In this document: positions 35,009 to 45,313 of the stretch, piece after piece
How the letters are laid out: each line of letters begins with the position of its first letter
Numbering within the stretch: the first letter of the stretch is position 1
NCBI GenBank assembly: GCA_016217555.1
Contig: JACRHW010000023.1
Coordinates: forward strand, 64,466-128,465
Source of the DNA: Parcubacteria group bacterium
GTDB taxonomy: Bacteria > Patescibacteriota > Minisyncoccia > UBA6257 > JACRHW01
DNA: 64,000 bases
Direction: 5' to 3'
Position numbers and translations under genes: made by a program
The notes under the pieces: model-generated
The model's input: only the letters and a program-made list of their open reading frames with translations
Database searches by the model: none
Told to the model about the DNA's origin: nothing

Positions 35009-37026
35009 CTATAAAGAATCGATAGACTCTGATACCCATTCTATCCCAACCCCTTCTTCCCCTCGACTTTCGCGCTTTTTGATTTCAACTTTTATTGCAT
35101 CAATAAGGGCTCTGACGTGTGGGGACATACCCTTCTCAACACCATTTGTATATTGTCTAAAATGATACCCCAGAGTTGCTTCAAGTTGTTTTCTTGTAAT
35201 GTTCTCCTTGGTTATATTTGTACGGAACTGTTCTAACCACTGCGAATCGATTTTTTCTCTTAAACTTAGGAGGGTTTCTGCAAATTGCAATTCAGGAAAT
35301 TCTTTTAGTTCTTCCTCTTCTATCAGCGGTAATTCGCTTATACCATCATGATCTCCAGAATGTTCGGAGCTCTTTTTTCCAGCAAGGAGCAATAATCCCA
35401 TTGGTCCAAAACTTAATGATATTTTTTGTAAAACCGCCGCCTTCTTCTCATCATCATCCTTTTCATACGCTTGCATAATCTCATTGAAATCAAAAGAATC
35501 TGTCGTATCTCCGAGCATACTAAGAAAAGCTATCTGTGCCCCATATTGTCCTCCGACATTAGTACACGCTTCGTCAATAAAACGATAGAGACGATCGTTT
35601 TCTGCACCAAATCTGCATTGCGTATGTCGGTATTCATGTTCAAATTTATGAACACTGTCACTACGTTCCACATTTTGATTAAGTAGATTTTTTGCATCAT
35701 CCTGTGAAAGATATATAGTAGGTATGGCATCTTTCCCACGCGAAACAAACATCGATGGGGAAGTTGTTGTTTTCTCCCACCAATCTTGCCTTTCAGCAGG
35801 ACTCATCTCTTCTCCAAAATCAAAAAACTCATTTTCCTCTCGTTGGGGCTTTGGGGGCTTCAAAATTTTAATATCAAAATGTTTTTCCCCTTTTTCAATA
35901 CCTATTCCCAACCTCGTGCGCTGTCCGGTAAGCGAAGATTCTTGGGTGAATGGCAGAGTTTTTTCCTTCAATTGTCTGGTTTGTTCTTCATCCATGAATA
36001 CTTCCAACATTTCTCTTTTTTTAAGATCCACCTCTGATTCGTTTAATTCTTCTCTGGTAAGTGCCATCATGTACTTTTCTACAAAGTTAAATTGTCTTTG
36101 TGTAATTCCACTTTCTTTTTGTAATAATTGTGCTCCCACTTCATACATTACACTTGTCGTTTGTGGGTATTCTTGATTATCGGGAAATTTAAAAGTTTCC
36201 TCTGTTTTTTCTCGTGAATACAAAATAGGTTTTGATTCTTTATTTCCTTCCCTGAATTTCCTATTTCTGTTCGTTCCTTTTCCGATGGTAATTCTATCTT
36301 TTCAGCATACTCTGGAAATCTTTCAGCTAACATTTTATCTGCTCGACTTGGAACAGAAGATTTACCCATGCCTCTATGGTCAAAAAAGAACTCGTTCGCT
36401 TTCTCGGTCATTTGAGTAGTCCTACCGTCCCATGTTTCACCAAATCTTTCAGCGCGATATCTGTTTTCCTCAATTTCTTTTTTACTAAGCGGTCTCTCCA
36501 TCGGTCCATTTTTTATTTCCCACTCTTTTTCAAGTTCTTTTATAATTTCCATTCGACGCTCTTTTTTTAATTCTTCCGAAATTTTTTCTTTCACCTCAGT
36601 CACGAGAACAGCCTCTGGTTTCAAAGAAGGTGATTCTGTACTTAAAGTTTCATGTTGAATATCTGATTGGGGCCGGAAATCTTTTGTTACTATTGTATCA
36701 ATATTAGTTTTTGCTTCGTTTGCAAGCTGATTTGCCTCCGTCTGAACCTCCCGCAACTGCAGGTCTAATCTAAACTCTCGTCTTGTTGTATCAAGTGTTT
36801 CTGGTAGGACATGCAAATTTTTGACAAATGATTCTATTCTTTTTTCACCTTCTGGTAAAATCTCTGCCACTCGTTGCCCTATACGTGATTCGACCGAAGC
36901 AATGTGTTGCCCTAATTGCTCGTTACTTATTTCAATACCTTCAATCTTGAGAGATTTTGGCGTAATTTCTCCTTTTGCTTCCTCTATTTTTGTTTGTGGC
37001 GATGTAAATCCTTCAGGGGATTTCAT
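35009..37026 (-). pseudogene. large acidic protein with HExxH metallopeptidase motif, apparently split by a frameshift near 36250
   Basis: ORFs 36148-37026 and 35009-36223 overlap; the second frame is open to about 36300 and has only a TTG start; HEYRH...DEA motif. Confidence 0.55.
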
Positions 37027-37028
37027 AA

Positions 37029-37193
37029 TTATTTAAGTGAGTCGCGTAATTCTTTTATTCGCTTTTCTTTTAACGTCTCGAGAAAATCGGCAATGATTTT
37101 ATCTCGTTTCTTTTTTAACACAACTAGCTGCGCCATATATTTTGCGAGAACATCATCTATTTCTTTTTTCTTTTGTGCGTTGTTATTTACCAT
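37029..37193 (-). CDS. small basic helical protein (54 aa, not in ORF track)
   Basis: MVNNNAQKKKEIDDVLAKY...; stops 2 nt before the next ATG. Confidence 0.6.
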   Translation of the reverse strand: MVNNNAQKKKEIDDVLAKYMAQLVVLKKKRDKIIADFLETLKEKRIKELRDSLK

Positions 37194-37330
37194 GGCTTGT
37201 TGTGATACCTTAACTATTCAATAATAGCAGATTTTTTCAAAAAGGATCCACTTATCCCGCTAAAACTAAAAACGCCCCCACAAAAGCAAAGTTTTCAAAC
37301 ATATTCCTACTATCGCGGGAATAACAACCT

Positions 37331-37454
37331 TGGGACCTACGTATTTGGATGCATTACGAGGAAAACGCGAGGAACGGAGTAAGCTGTACAGAATGAGTAC
37401 TGCGTCGAGTACCACAGTATTTGACGAAGTAGTGCGCCAAATGGGTAAGTCCTA
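37331..37454 (+). repeat. RPE-like palindromic element, copy 2
   Basis: Core nearly identical to 12351-12476; abuts the typA stop. Confidence 0.9.
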
Positions 37455-39245
37455 TTATTTTCTTCGTGCTCGTGCTCGATCCAGATCAGTAAGAAATTCC
37501 TTGCGAAGACGTACGCTTTTAGGGGTGACTTCTAGGAGTTCATCGTCTTCCATAACCTCAAGACCACGCTCGATGGTAAGTTGCCACGCAGGTGCAAGCT
37601 GAATGTTATCATCAGTTCCTGAGGCACGCATATTAGTAAGCTGTTTGCCCTTAGTAGGGTTTACCGACATTGCGTCACCCTTTGCAGTGTTTCCTATTAC
37701 CATACCTTCATACACTTCAACATTAGGTTCAATATAAAGCTGTCCGCGTGTCTGAAGATTATCAAGAGAATAACCCAATGCTTTCCCGGTAACCATAGAC
37801 ACCATAGAACCAGCACTTCTTTTCACCAAGTCACCACAATAAGGTTTAAATCCTTCTACACGGCTCGCCATAATCCCCTGACCCTTTGTGTCCATAACAA
37901 ACTGATTGCGGTATCCAAGAAGCCCACGTGTGGGACCCTCAAATATCATACGCACTGTATTTTCATGTGGATCCATACTAACAATACGCGCCTTTCGATT
38001 TGAAAGTCGTTCAATAATAATGCCCTGGAATTCTGATGGAACATCGATAGTGATCTCTTCAAAGGGCTCCTGTTTCGCTCCATCAACTTCTTTAATAATA
38101 ATGTGTGGCTGGGATACCTGAAGCTCAAACCCCTCTCTTCGCATGATCTCAAGAAGAATGGCAATGTGGAGCTCACCTCGTCCAAAAACACGAAATTTAT
38201 CTGCATCAACAAAATCAACATGTAAACCCACGTTCACCTCGAGTTCTTTTTCAAGGCGTTCTCGAATTTGTCGTGAAGTAACAAACTTTCCTTCGCGTCC
38301 TGCAAAAGGAGAATTGTTAACCATAAAGTTAAGTGAAATAGTTGGCTCATCTACGTGTATAGAAGGGAGCGCTTCTTGAGTAGGAGAGGCGCAAATAGTT
38401 TCACCAATAAAAATGTCAGGGATTCCGGCGATCATCGCAATATCTCCTGCCACAGCCTCAGATACATCTTCGCGAGAGAGCCCACGGAAGGTAAAGATCT
38501 TTGAAATTTTTCCAGAACGGGTGGCACCCTCCATGTTTTTTATGTATACATTATCACCCACCTTAATTACCCCTTCATAAACACGGGCAATAGCAAGACG
38601 CCCGAGATAGTTGTCATAGGCAAGGTTAAAGGGTTGTGCACGCAAAGGCGCATCAATATTTCTTGGCGCAGGAGGAATTTCTTCGATAATAGTATCGAGA
38701 AGTGGAGAAAGATCAACAAACGTATCAGTAAGCTCACGTTTAGCTACCCCATCTCGGCCAACCGCATAGACCGTAACAAAATCAAGTTGTTCGTCATTTG
38801 CGCCAAGATCAATAAAAAGCTCGAGCACTTCATTTTCAGTACGCTTGATGTCAGCCGCTGGCTTATCAATCTTATTCACCACGACAATAGGCTTTAAACC
38901 TATCTCGAGCGCTTTCTTGAGTACAAAACGTGTCTGTGGCATAGGCCCCTCCTGAGCATCGACAATAAGAAGCACTGCATCAATTGAACGCAATACGCGT
39001 TCCACCTCAGAACCAAAATCAGCGTGACCAGGAGTGTCTACGATATTAATCTTTGTACCCTTATAAAATATTGAAGTGTTTTTTGAATAAATAGTAATGC
39101 CACGCTCCTTCTCGAGTGTGTTTACATCCATACTCATCCCCTCCTCGAACATTCCGCACTGACGCATAATAGCATCGGTGAGAGTTGTTTTACCGTGGTC
39201 AACGTGAGCAATGATAGCAATATTTCTAATTTCTGTTGGCTCCAT
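37455..39245 (-). CDS. typA: translational GTPase TypA/BipA
   Basis: AHVDHGKTT, DTPGHADF, KQLTNMRASG. Confidence 0.97.
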   Translation of the reverse strand: MEPTEIRNIAIIAHVDHGKTTLTDAIMRQCGMFEEGMSMDVNTLEKERGITIYSKNTSIFYKGTKINIVDTPGHADFGSEVERVLRSIDAVLLIVDAQEGPMPQTRFVLKKALEIGLKPIVVVNKIDKPAADIKRTENEVLELFIDLGANDEQLDFVTVYAVGRDGVAKRELTDTFVDLSPLLDTIIEEIPPAPRNIDAPLRAQPFNLAYDNYLGRLAIARVYEGVIKVGDNVYIKNMEGATRSGKISKIFTFRGLSREDVSEAVAGDIAMIAGIPDIFIGETICASPTQEALPSIHVDEPTISLNFMVNNSPFAGREGKFVTSRQIRERLEKELEVNVGLHVDFVDADKFRVFGRGELHIAILLEIMRREGFELQVSQPHIIIKEVDGAKQEPFEEITIDVPSEFQGIIIERLSNRKARIVSMDPHENTVRMIFEGPTRGLLGYRNQFVMDTKGQGIMASRVEGFKPYCGDLVKRSAGSMVSMVTGKALGYSLDNLQTRGQLYIEPNVEVYEGMVIGNTAKGDAMSVNPTKGKQLTNMRASGTDDNIQLAPAWQLTIERGLEVMEDDELLEVTPKSVRLRKEFLTDLDRARARRK

Positions 39246-39367
39246 AATTTGTAATGTAATAATTTCAGCCGAGGGCTGATCCGCCCCTGGCGGAAAAAAA
39301 TCCCGCGTTCCCACACGAGATTACAGATGCTCTTTATACTATATTTTTAAAATTATGTCAAAAAAAC

Positions 39368-40525
39368 TTATACTCTCAAATTTTGTTTATTATCCTGAAG
39401 TAAGCGTGAGAGAGGAATATTTTTTCCAATGAGACGTTCGATATTACGAAGTGCATTACGTTGATCGGGAGTTACAAACGATATTGCAAGCCCACCAGAC
39501 CCAGCACGCGCAGTACGCCCAATGCGATGCACATAGTCTTCTGAATGCATCGGCATGTCGTAATTTACCACAAGCGCAATACCCACCACATCAATACCAC
39601 GTGAAGCAATATCGGTTGCAACAAGTACGCGATACTTTCCTGTTTTAAATCCACCAAGCGCATCTTTTCTCTGGCCTAGTGATCGATTGCCATGAATCTC
39701 TGCTGCACTATATCCCATATTACGAATGTTCAATGTAAGACGTGCTGCACCATGTTTTGTTTTCGTAAATACAAGTACCGTACCAGAATGTTGATCAAGA
39801 ATCCTTTTTAAAAGATTGTTCTTTTCGTCTTTGTGAATGATAAACATCTCCTGAGCTACGCGTGTAGGCGTAGACCCTTGCGGGGCAACCTCAATACGAA
39901 TAGGAAGTTTCATATATCCCGTTGCAATCTTCATAATAGTATGAGGCATCGTCGCTGAAAAAAGCATCGTTTGGCGTTCAGTAGGGAGTGCCTGTAATAT
40001 TTTCTGAATCTGCGGGGCAAAACCCATATCAAGCATCATATCTGCCTCATCAAGTACTAAAATACGTACCCCATCAAGTCGTAAAGTCTTGTGCTCGAGA
40101 TGGTCGATAAGCCTTCCTGGTGTTGCCACGACCACATGAGGATCTCGCCCTAAGTCTCGCACCTGTGGACCCATTGCAGCACCTCCAATAAGTACGGCGG
40201 TTCTCATACCAAGACCTCTCCCCACCCTTTGCAGTGTCTCATCCACCTGGAGAGCAAGTTCGCGCGTAGGAAGAATAATAAGACCACGCCCTTTTATTTG
40301 AGCGAGTCTTTGAATGACAGGGATACCAAAAGCAAGCGTCTTCCCAGTACCCGTTTGTGCAATTCCCACCACATCCTTCCCCTCAATTGCAACAGGGATT
40401 ACTTGTTGTTGAATAGGAGTTGGTGTTACATAGCGCAATCGTGTAAGAACATCCAAGAGTGCAGGTGCAATACCGAGCGAAGAAAAGTCCGCCTTCTGAT
40501 ACGTTTCTGAGTTACTATTTTTCAT
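39368..40525 (-). CDS. DEAD-box RNA helicase (RhlE-like)
   Basis: AQTGTGKT, PTRELA, DEAD, SAT, HRIGRTAR. Confidence 0.95.
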   Translation of the reverse strand: MKNSNSETYQKADFSSLGIAPALLDVLTRLRYVTPTPIQQQVIPVAIEGKDVVGIAQTGTGKTLAFGIPVIQRLAQIKGRGLIILPTRELALQVDETLQRVGRGLGMRTAVLIGGAAMGPQVRDLGRDPHVVVATPGRLIDHLEHKTLRLDGVRILVLDEADMMLDMGFAPQIQKILQALPTERQTMLFSATMPHTIMKIATGYMKLPIRIEVAPQGSTPTRVAQEMFIIHKDEKNNLLKRILDQHSGTVLVFTKTKHGAARLTLNIRNMGYSAAEIHGNRSLGQRKDALGGFKTGKYRVLVATDIASRGIDVVGIALVVNYDMPMHSEDYVHRIGRTARAGSGGLAISFVTPDQRNALRNIERLIGKNIPLSRLLQDNKQNLRV

Positions 40526-40615
40526 AGGTTTTGATTATACCATACTTCATAAAAAAAGAAAAGCCCATCTCCAGGTTGGGCAAATACTAACAAACAATTA
40601 TCAGATCTATTGATT

Positions 40616-41338
40616 TTATATACTAGCCAACCTGATCGCCAGGTAGAGTACTCCAACACCGAGAACAGTCATAAATGTTGTTGCTTTAGTGGGATGATTA
40701 TGGTGACTTTCTGGAAGCAAATCTGTTGCCCCAATATACAAAAAGAAGCCACAAAATAGTGCAAGCACTAATCCAAGTACCGACTCAGGAAGAGAAAAGA
40801 AGCGCGTAGAAATGATACCAAGAACAGGAGCAATAGCATCAAGGAGGAGCCACTTAAAAGCGATGCCTCTGGTACCATTATTTTTAAGAATAAGATTTAC
40901 TGTATTAATACCATCCGAAAAATCATGCACAAGCACGGCAACTGCTATAATAGTACCCACAGCAATGGACACCTGAAATCCAAGACCAATTGCAGCCCCA
41001 TCTAAAAAGCTGTGAATCGAAAGACTCCCTGCACCCAATTTCCCCTTTGCGTGAGTATGGGTCTGATGATCCTCTTCGTTATCAGTATGCAGACTCACCA
41101 TTCTATCGAGAAGCATGTAGAGAACAAAGCCGAAAGCAACAATGGAGGTAATAAAACTTGTATCATGATACCTACTCCCCAAAGCAATGGCCTCAGGTAA
41201 AAGATCAAAGAAGGCAACACCCAAAACGGCCCCGGCACTAAAACCAAGAATCAGATGAAGCTTATCTTTAAACTTTAAAGCAAAAAGCCCGCCCAGGAGC
41301 GTAGAAAGAAACGTTGCGCTACTAATTAAAATAATCAT
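40616..41338 (-). CDS. ZIP family metal transporter
   Basis: HSFLDG, HDFSDG, His-rich loop, LLPESH. Confidence 0.9.
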   Translation of the reverse strand: MIILISSATFLSTLLGGLFALKFKDKLHLILGFSAGAVLGVAFFDLLPEAIALGSRYHDTSFITSIVAFGFVLYMLLDRMVSLHTDNEEDHQTHTHAKGKLGAGSLSIHSFLDGAAIGLGFQVSIAVGTIIAVAVLVHDFSDGINTVNLILKNNGTRGIAFKWLLLDAIAPVLGIISTRFFSLPESVLGLVLALFCGFFLYIGATDLLPESHHNHPTKATTFMTVLGVGVLYLAIRLASI

Positions 41339-41393
41339 AAGCTTATTTTACACCACATTAAACCACCCCGAAAGGCTACCCGTCTACCCCTCC

Positions 41394-41586
41394 AAAAAAG
41401 GGAAAGGGGGCCACTTGGTGGACCCCTCTTTTGTTCAACTCCAGATTCGGATTCGCCCAAGATGCCTGCTAAGACACCTTTTTTCCCGGTCCAACGGTAA
41501 GGGGGATGTGGGAGAGATAAAAGTGTTGGACCACCCTAACCCTACCCCACCGAATCAAGACATCCGTGCTTTTTATAAAGTTGAAC
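41394..41586 (-). ncRNA. candidate ~190-nt structured RNA (sRNA or attenuating leader)
   Basis: TTGACA-17-TATGGT promoter, four visible stems, terminal hairpin plus U tract. Confidence 0.55.
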
Positions 41587-41691
41587 TTATATACCATACA
41601 CGATGTCACATATTTTGTCAAACATATATACCTCGAACGCAAACAAACCCGCCTTTTGAGCGGGTTTGAAATCTAGATAGGAGCAATAAAA

Positions 41692-42375
41692 CTATTTCAT
41701 CTCTACGATTCTGCGAAAACGATCAATGATGTGTTCAGCATATGCCTTGCCCCCCAAACCAAATGCCAATCCTCCGGCGATAGCAAGCATTGCAACAACA
41801 CCTGTTACTACAATCGAAACAATCGTCTCTGCAACTTGCAACTGAAGGAGGGATGCAAACAAGCCAAAAATAAAGATTGCCCACCATGCAATGGCACCTA
41901 CAAGTTCTGAACCAGCAAGCTCAGCGCCTTTTGCTGATGCGCCAACAAACATTTTTACGAGATTCGCAACCCACACTGTCGCAAGCATAATTACTGTTGC
42001 TGCAAACACGCTAGGAAGGTATGCCATCACTTGAGCCAAAAATTGTGAAAATTGTGGTAATCCAAGAATATCAGACACCGCAATTAAAAACCCAATCATA
42101 ACAAACCAATAAACAAGTCTTCCCAAGAAATGCCCCGAATGCAAACGCATTCCTCCACGCGATACCACCTCTTCAAACCCAGCTTTTTTAAGCAAGGAGT
42201 CAACTTGTGCGAGAGTAATAATTTTTTCTACCAATGTTCCAAGGCCAGCTGCTACAATCCACCCAACAAGAAGGGTGAGAAGAGCACCAACAAGTGCAGG
42301 GATAAACGCTGCAGTACTCCTCCCAAGTTGGGTAAGAGACTGAAATAATATATCAAGCCATGCTTGAACTGTCAT
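41692..42375 (-). CDS. TM-helix-repeat protein (CmpX/MscS-associated family)
   Basis: Multi-TM; YLPSVFAA; AIAGGLAFGLGGK. Confidence 0.8.
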   Translation of the reverse strand: MTVQAWLDILFQSLTQLGRSTAAFIPALVGALLTLLVGWIVAAGLGTLVEKIITLAQVDSLLKKAGFEEVVSRGGMRLHSGHFLGRLVYWFVMIGFLIAVSDILGLPQFSQFLAQVMAYLPSVFAATVIMLATVWVANLVKMFVGASAKGAELAGSELVGAIAWWAIFIFGLFASLLQLQVAETIVSIVVTGVVAMLAIAGGLAFGLGGKAYAEHIIDRFRRIVEMK

Positions 42376-42626
42376 ATGTTATTGTAAATACAAATTAAAT
42401 AATAATAGTTGTCTTTGTGTTTCCCCTACTGATTCTTCGACAATGAATATCAATAGCACAAAGACGTAGACCAAAAAGAATAGTACGACCTTTGGATCCC
42501 CTTTTACAGGGTTTCATAGTTCAAGTAAAGTATACCAGATATTATATGTCCAGCAAAGAGGAATTGTGGATAAGATTAAAGTCTCTGGATTCTCATTATT
42601 TTTTATGCTACAAATAAGTTCATCAG

Positions 42627-42697
42627 GGGCTCGTAGTAAAGTGGCATTACGCCGCATTCGCATTGCGGAAGCAGGAGTCCGATTCTCCTCGAGTCCA
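42627..42697 (+). tRNA. tRNA-Ala(CGC); encoded CCA displaced by an insertion
   Basis: Acceptor GGGCTCG/CGAGTCC with G3:U70; anticodon arm CCGCA-TTCGCAT-TGCGG; T arm AGGAG-TCCGATT-CTCCT. Confidence 0.9.
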
Positions 42698-42797
42698 CCC
42701 CGTTAGAAGTAGACCAAAACGACTTTTTTAGATTTCTCTATTTTTTGACACCATATGTCTTATGCGTGCTAAATATTTTTATCTACTTCTAACGGGG
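42698..42797. mobile_element. MITE-like CCCGTTAGA element, copy 1
   Basis: 16-bp perfect TIR, flanked by TCCA direct repeats. Confidence 0.8.
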
Positions 42798-42826
42798 TCC
42801 ACCACATATATCAATATTTCTAACGG

Positions 42827-42867
42827 GGCAAGTTGCTGAGACGCGAGTTCGATTCTCGCTGGGTCCA
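42827..42867 (+). pseudogene. 3' half of a second tRNA (probably Ala-GGC)
   Basis: GGCAA-GTTGC, T arm GCGAG-TTCGATT-CTCGC, TGGGTCCA; no 5' half present. Confidence 0.65.
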
Positions 42868-42968
42868 CCCCGTTAGAGGTAGATAACAACGCTTTGGTGG
42901 TGTATTAAAATTTTCAATACTAAAACAACGCAAGATTTTAAATCTATGTTGGTCTACCTCTAACGGGG
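42868..42968. mobile_element. MITE-like CCCGTTAGA element, copy 2
   Basis: 16-bp perfect TIR with a compensatory A>G/T>C change; TCCA direct repeats. Confidence 0.8.
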
Positions 42969-42991
42969 TCCACCAATTAAAAAGGCCAGTT

Positions 42992-43273
42992 CTACAACTG
43001 ACCCAAAATTTCTTTTTTACCTTTTTCCGTTAGGCGAAAGGAGGAAACTACTTGCTGAGTATCATCTTCGTTACAATCATTATAGAGAAGTCCTTCTTGC
43101 AATGCCCACGCAACAGATGCAGCAAGAAATTTTTGACCTCGAGGATTACTGTCAAGAGTGACGAAATCCGCTCGATTATTTCTGAAAGCGCGAATAAACA
43201 CACCTCTATACTCCTCGACAGAATTCTGACCAATGTATTGATACCCATAATCCACGATTGCCGGTTCGTCCAT
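42992..43273 (-). CDS. hypothetical protein (wHTH-like, LTEKGK)
   Basis: AGGAGG SD. Confidence 0.6.
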   Translation of the reverse strand: MDEPAIVDYGYQYIGQNSVEEYRGVFIRAFRNNRADFVTLDSNPRGQKFLAASVAWALQEGLLYNDCNEDDTQQVVSSFRLTEKGKKEILGQL

Positions 43274-43348
43274 AATCCCTCCTATATTTCAAAACTCATA
43301 CTGCACGTACTATATCACTCCATAATTCTGAAATCAAGGGTACCCAAA

Positions 43349-44341
43349 CTAATCAGAAAGTGTATACCCCATACTCCTCATCATCTCTTCAAATGAGGGC
43401 TTATCTCCATGTTTCTCTCGATCCTCGAGAACGTCTAAACGCTTTCGTGCAGCTTGAATTGCTTCGTCGAATTTAAATAATTTCTTTACCTCTTCTTTTA
43501 CTGTCTCTGGAAATGATAAAATCTGCAACTCAAAAATTTCTTTTCTTCCTTCCACAAAACCAATCTGAAATGTATACCAATCTTTGATACGTTTGCAAAT
43601 AAATTCTTTTTGTTCATTTGACACATCTTCTTGCTTATCAAGAATCTCCGCAATATCAATATTATCTTCACGGAACACACGATCTCCATCCTTCAAAAAC
43701 TCCTCACCGCCATCTATTACGGCACCTAAATCTGCTAGCGCCACCGCCTGTGTAATCAAGGACGCGTCTTCTTTGAGGTAGGGTTGAATAATCGTCCCAT
43801 GAATGAAATAAGGAATGGTTGCCTCAATCGCCTCTCTTGCGACGCGCTGATCCTCTTCGGTGAAAATTACCTTCCCCTCTTTTTTGTTACTCTCCTTCAT
43901 CCTCCGTATAAGAATCCCCGCGCTATTTTTTTCAATACGTATAGTGCGTCGCGCCCTCATTTTTTTCTGAAATTCACCTTCCCCGATCTTTTCAGAAGAA
44001 ATTTTTGGATCATCTTGTCGTTGATCAATATCGTGATAGGAGGCAATGAGACGCGCTACGATAATATCCCTATTAGTAACACCAATGGATGGATCGGCGT
44101 TCTGTATTGTTCTTAAAATGAGCTCTGCCTTCTCTTCAACCCCTTTCGTATGTTCTACGTTATGATACTCCCTGCGCTCTAAGGCATCACCCTCCTCTCT
44201 ACGGTATCGTCCCTCGATATCTTCGTGTGCGCGCGCAATAAGCTCCTCCGACAAAGAACGTATCAAAGAAAGATCTCTCTCCTTCGACTCTATACCTCGT
44301 CGTACATATCCCTCCTTATTTAAAAAACCCTTCTCCTTCAT
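43349..44341 (-). CDS. HD-domain phosphohydrolase (PDEase-like)
   Basis: YHNVEH...SYHDID...ALADLG. Confidence 0.7.
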   Translation of the reverse strand: MKEKGFLNKEGYVRRGIESKERDLSLIRSLSEELIARAHEDIEGRYRREEGDALERREYHNVEHTKGVEEKAELILRTIQNADPSIGVTNRDIIVARLIASYHDIDQRQDDPKISSEKIGEGEFQKKMRARRTIRIEKNSAGILIRRMKESNKKEGKVIFTEEDQRVAREAIEATIPYFIHGTIIQPYLKEDASLITQAVALADLGAVIDGGEEFLKDGDRVFREDNIDIAEILDKQEDVSNEQKEFICKRIKDWYTFQIGFVEGRKEIFELQILSFPETVKEEVKKLFKFDEAIQAARKRLDVLEDREKHGDKPSFEEMMRSMGYTLSD

Positions 44342-44451
44342 ATAAAAAATTATTATTATATCCTATTGATGTCATTGTAACACATCATCTCAAAAAATAA
44401 GTTGTTACAACATATAATATGTTTCATAACGACACATGGTATACTGAATAT

Positions 44452-44691
44452 ATGAATCTTTTTCTTCAAATAGTTGGGTGGTTGGGAACAACACTTATTG
44501 TGCTTGGATACTTTTTCGTGTCCTCGAACAAAATGAAAGGAACAAGCGCAACATATCAACTCTTAAACCTTTGTGGTGCAATCTTTCTTGGTATCGACAT
44601 GGCAAGACATCAAACATGGTCTGGTGTAACTCTACAAATCATTTGGGGGGCAATAGCCCTCCTCTCCCTCTTCCGCCATCGAGAAAAATAA
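44452..44691 (+). CDS. small 3-TM protein (CBU_0592/PQ-loop-like)
   Basis: GWLGTTLIVLGY, YQLLNLCGA. Confidence 0.7.
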   Translation: MNLFLQIVGWLGTTLIVLGYFFVSSNKMKGTSATYQLLNLCGAIFLGIDMARHQTWSGVTLQIIWGAIALLSLFRHREK

Positions 44692-44777
44692 TCCTCCTCC
44701 CATAATCTAAAATTAGGGATGTTTTGTGATACGAAAAACGAAAAACCCCTCGCTGCCGAGAGGTCTTTTTTTCTTTT

Positions 44778-45209
44778 TTATTTTTCCTTCTTTTTTTTCT
44801 GCCACCACCACGGACGGCCGGCAATCATGATCCAGATTCCCCAGACCATGATTGCCATCACCGCGAGAGAGGTAAGCAACTCTCTCCCTATAGGACTCAA
44901 TGATCCAAGAATCACTGCAAGCCCCAGTAAAAAAGGGGTTCGCATACAAGTACGACCCAGACCGACCCAAACCCCGCGTGCGATGTCAGGTAAGAAGCGC
45001 CCCAGCACTGCAAGAAGCGCGGCCACCACAAACAATGCCATGGGATCCTCACGCACTCCAACCACATTGGCATCAACCAAGGGAATCAAAGCCGCGAGAA
45101 CACAACACAGCACGGAAAAAACTCTCCACGGCCGTGTCACAAATCTTGCTACGAATCCCACGATCATAGGCACAACAAAAATCCAACGCCAATCCATCTG
45201 CTCTATCAT
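44778..45209 (-). CDS. hypothetical 4-TM protein, GC-rich
   Basis: GAGGAG SD, TATAAT promoter, palindrome at about 45236-45259, terminator at about 44741-44770. Confidence 0.6.
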   Translation of the reverse strand: MIEQMDWRWIFVVPMIVGFVARFVTRPWRVFSVLCCVLAALIPLVDANVVGVREDPMALFVVAALLAVLGRFLPDIARGVWVGLGRTCMRTPFLLGLAVILGSLSPIGRELLTSLAVMAIMVWGIWIMIAGRPWWWQKKKKEK

Positions 45210-45313
45210 TTTTCAAACTCCTCACCATCAGGCAAAAATCGTTCATTTCTGAACGATTTCATTATACCATACTTTTTATAAAAACGCAAATCAAGCCAGC
45301 GTAAGCAAAGAAG

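Noticed and set aside
42698-42968. Integron attC sites (GTTAG/CTAAC cores) or spacer-capturing array
   Set aside because: The core order is reversed relative to attC, and there is no intI or cassette ORF. The interiors show residual homology, so they are not independent spacers.
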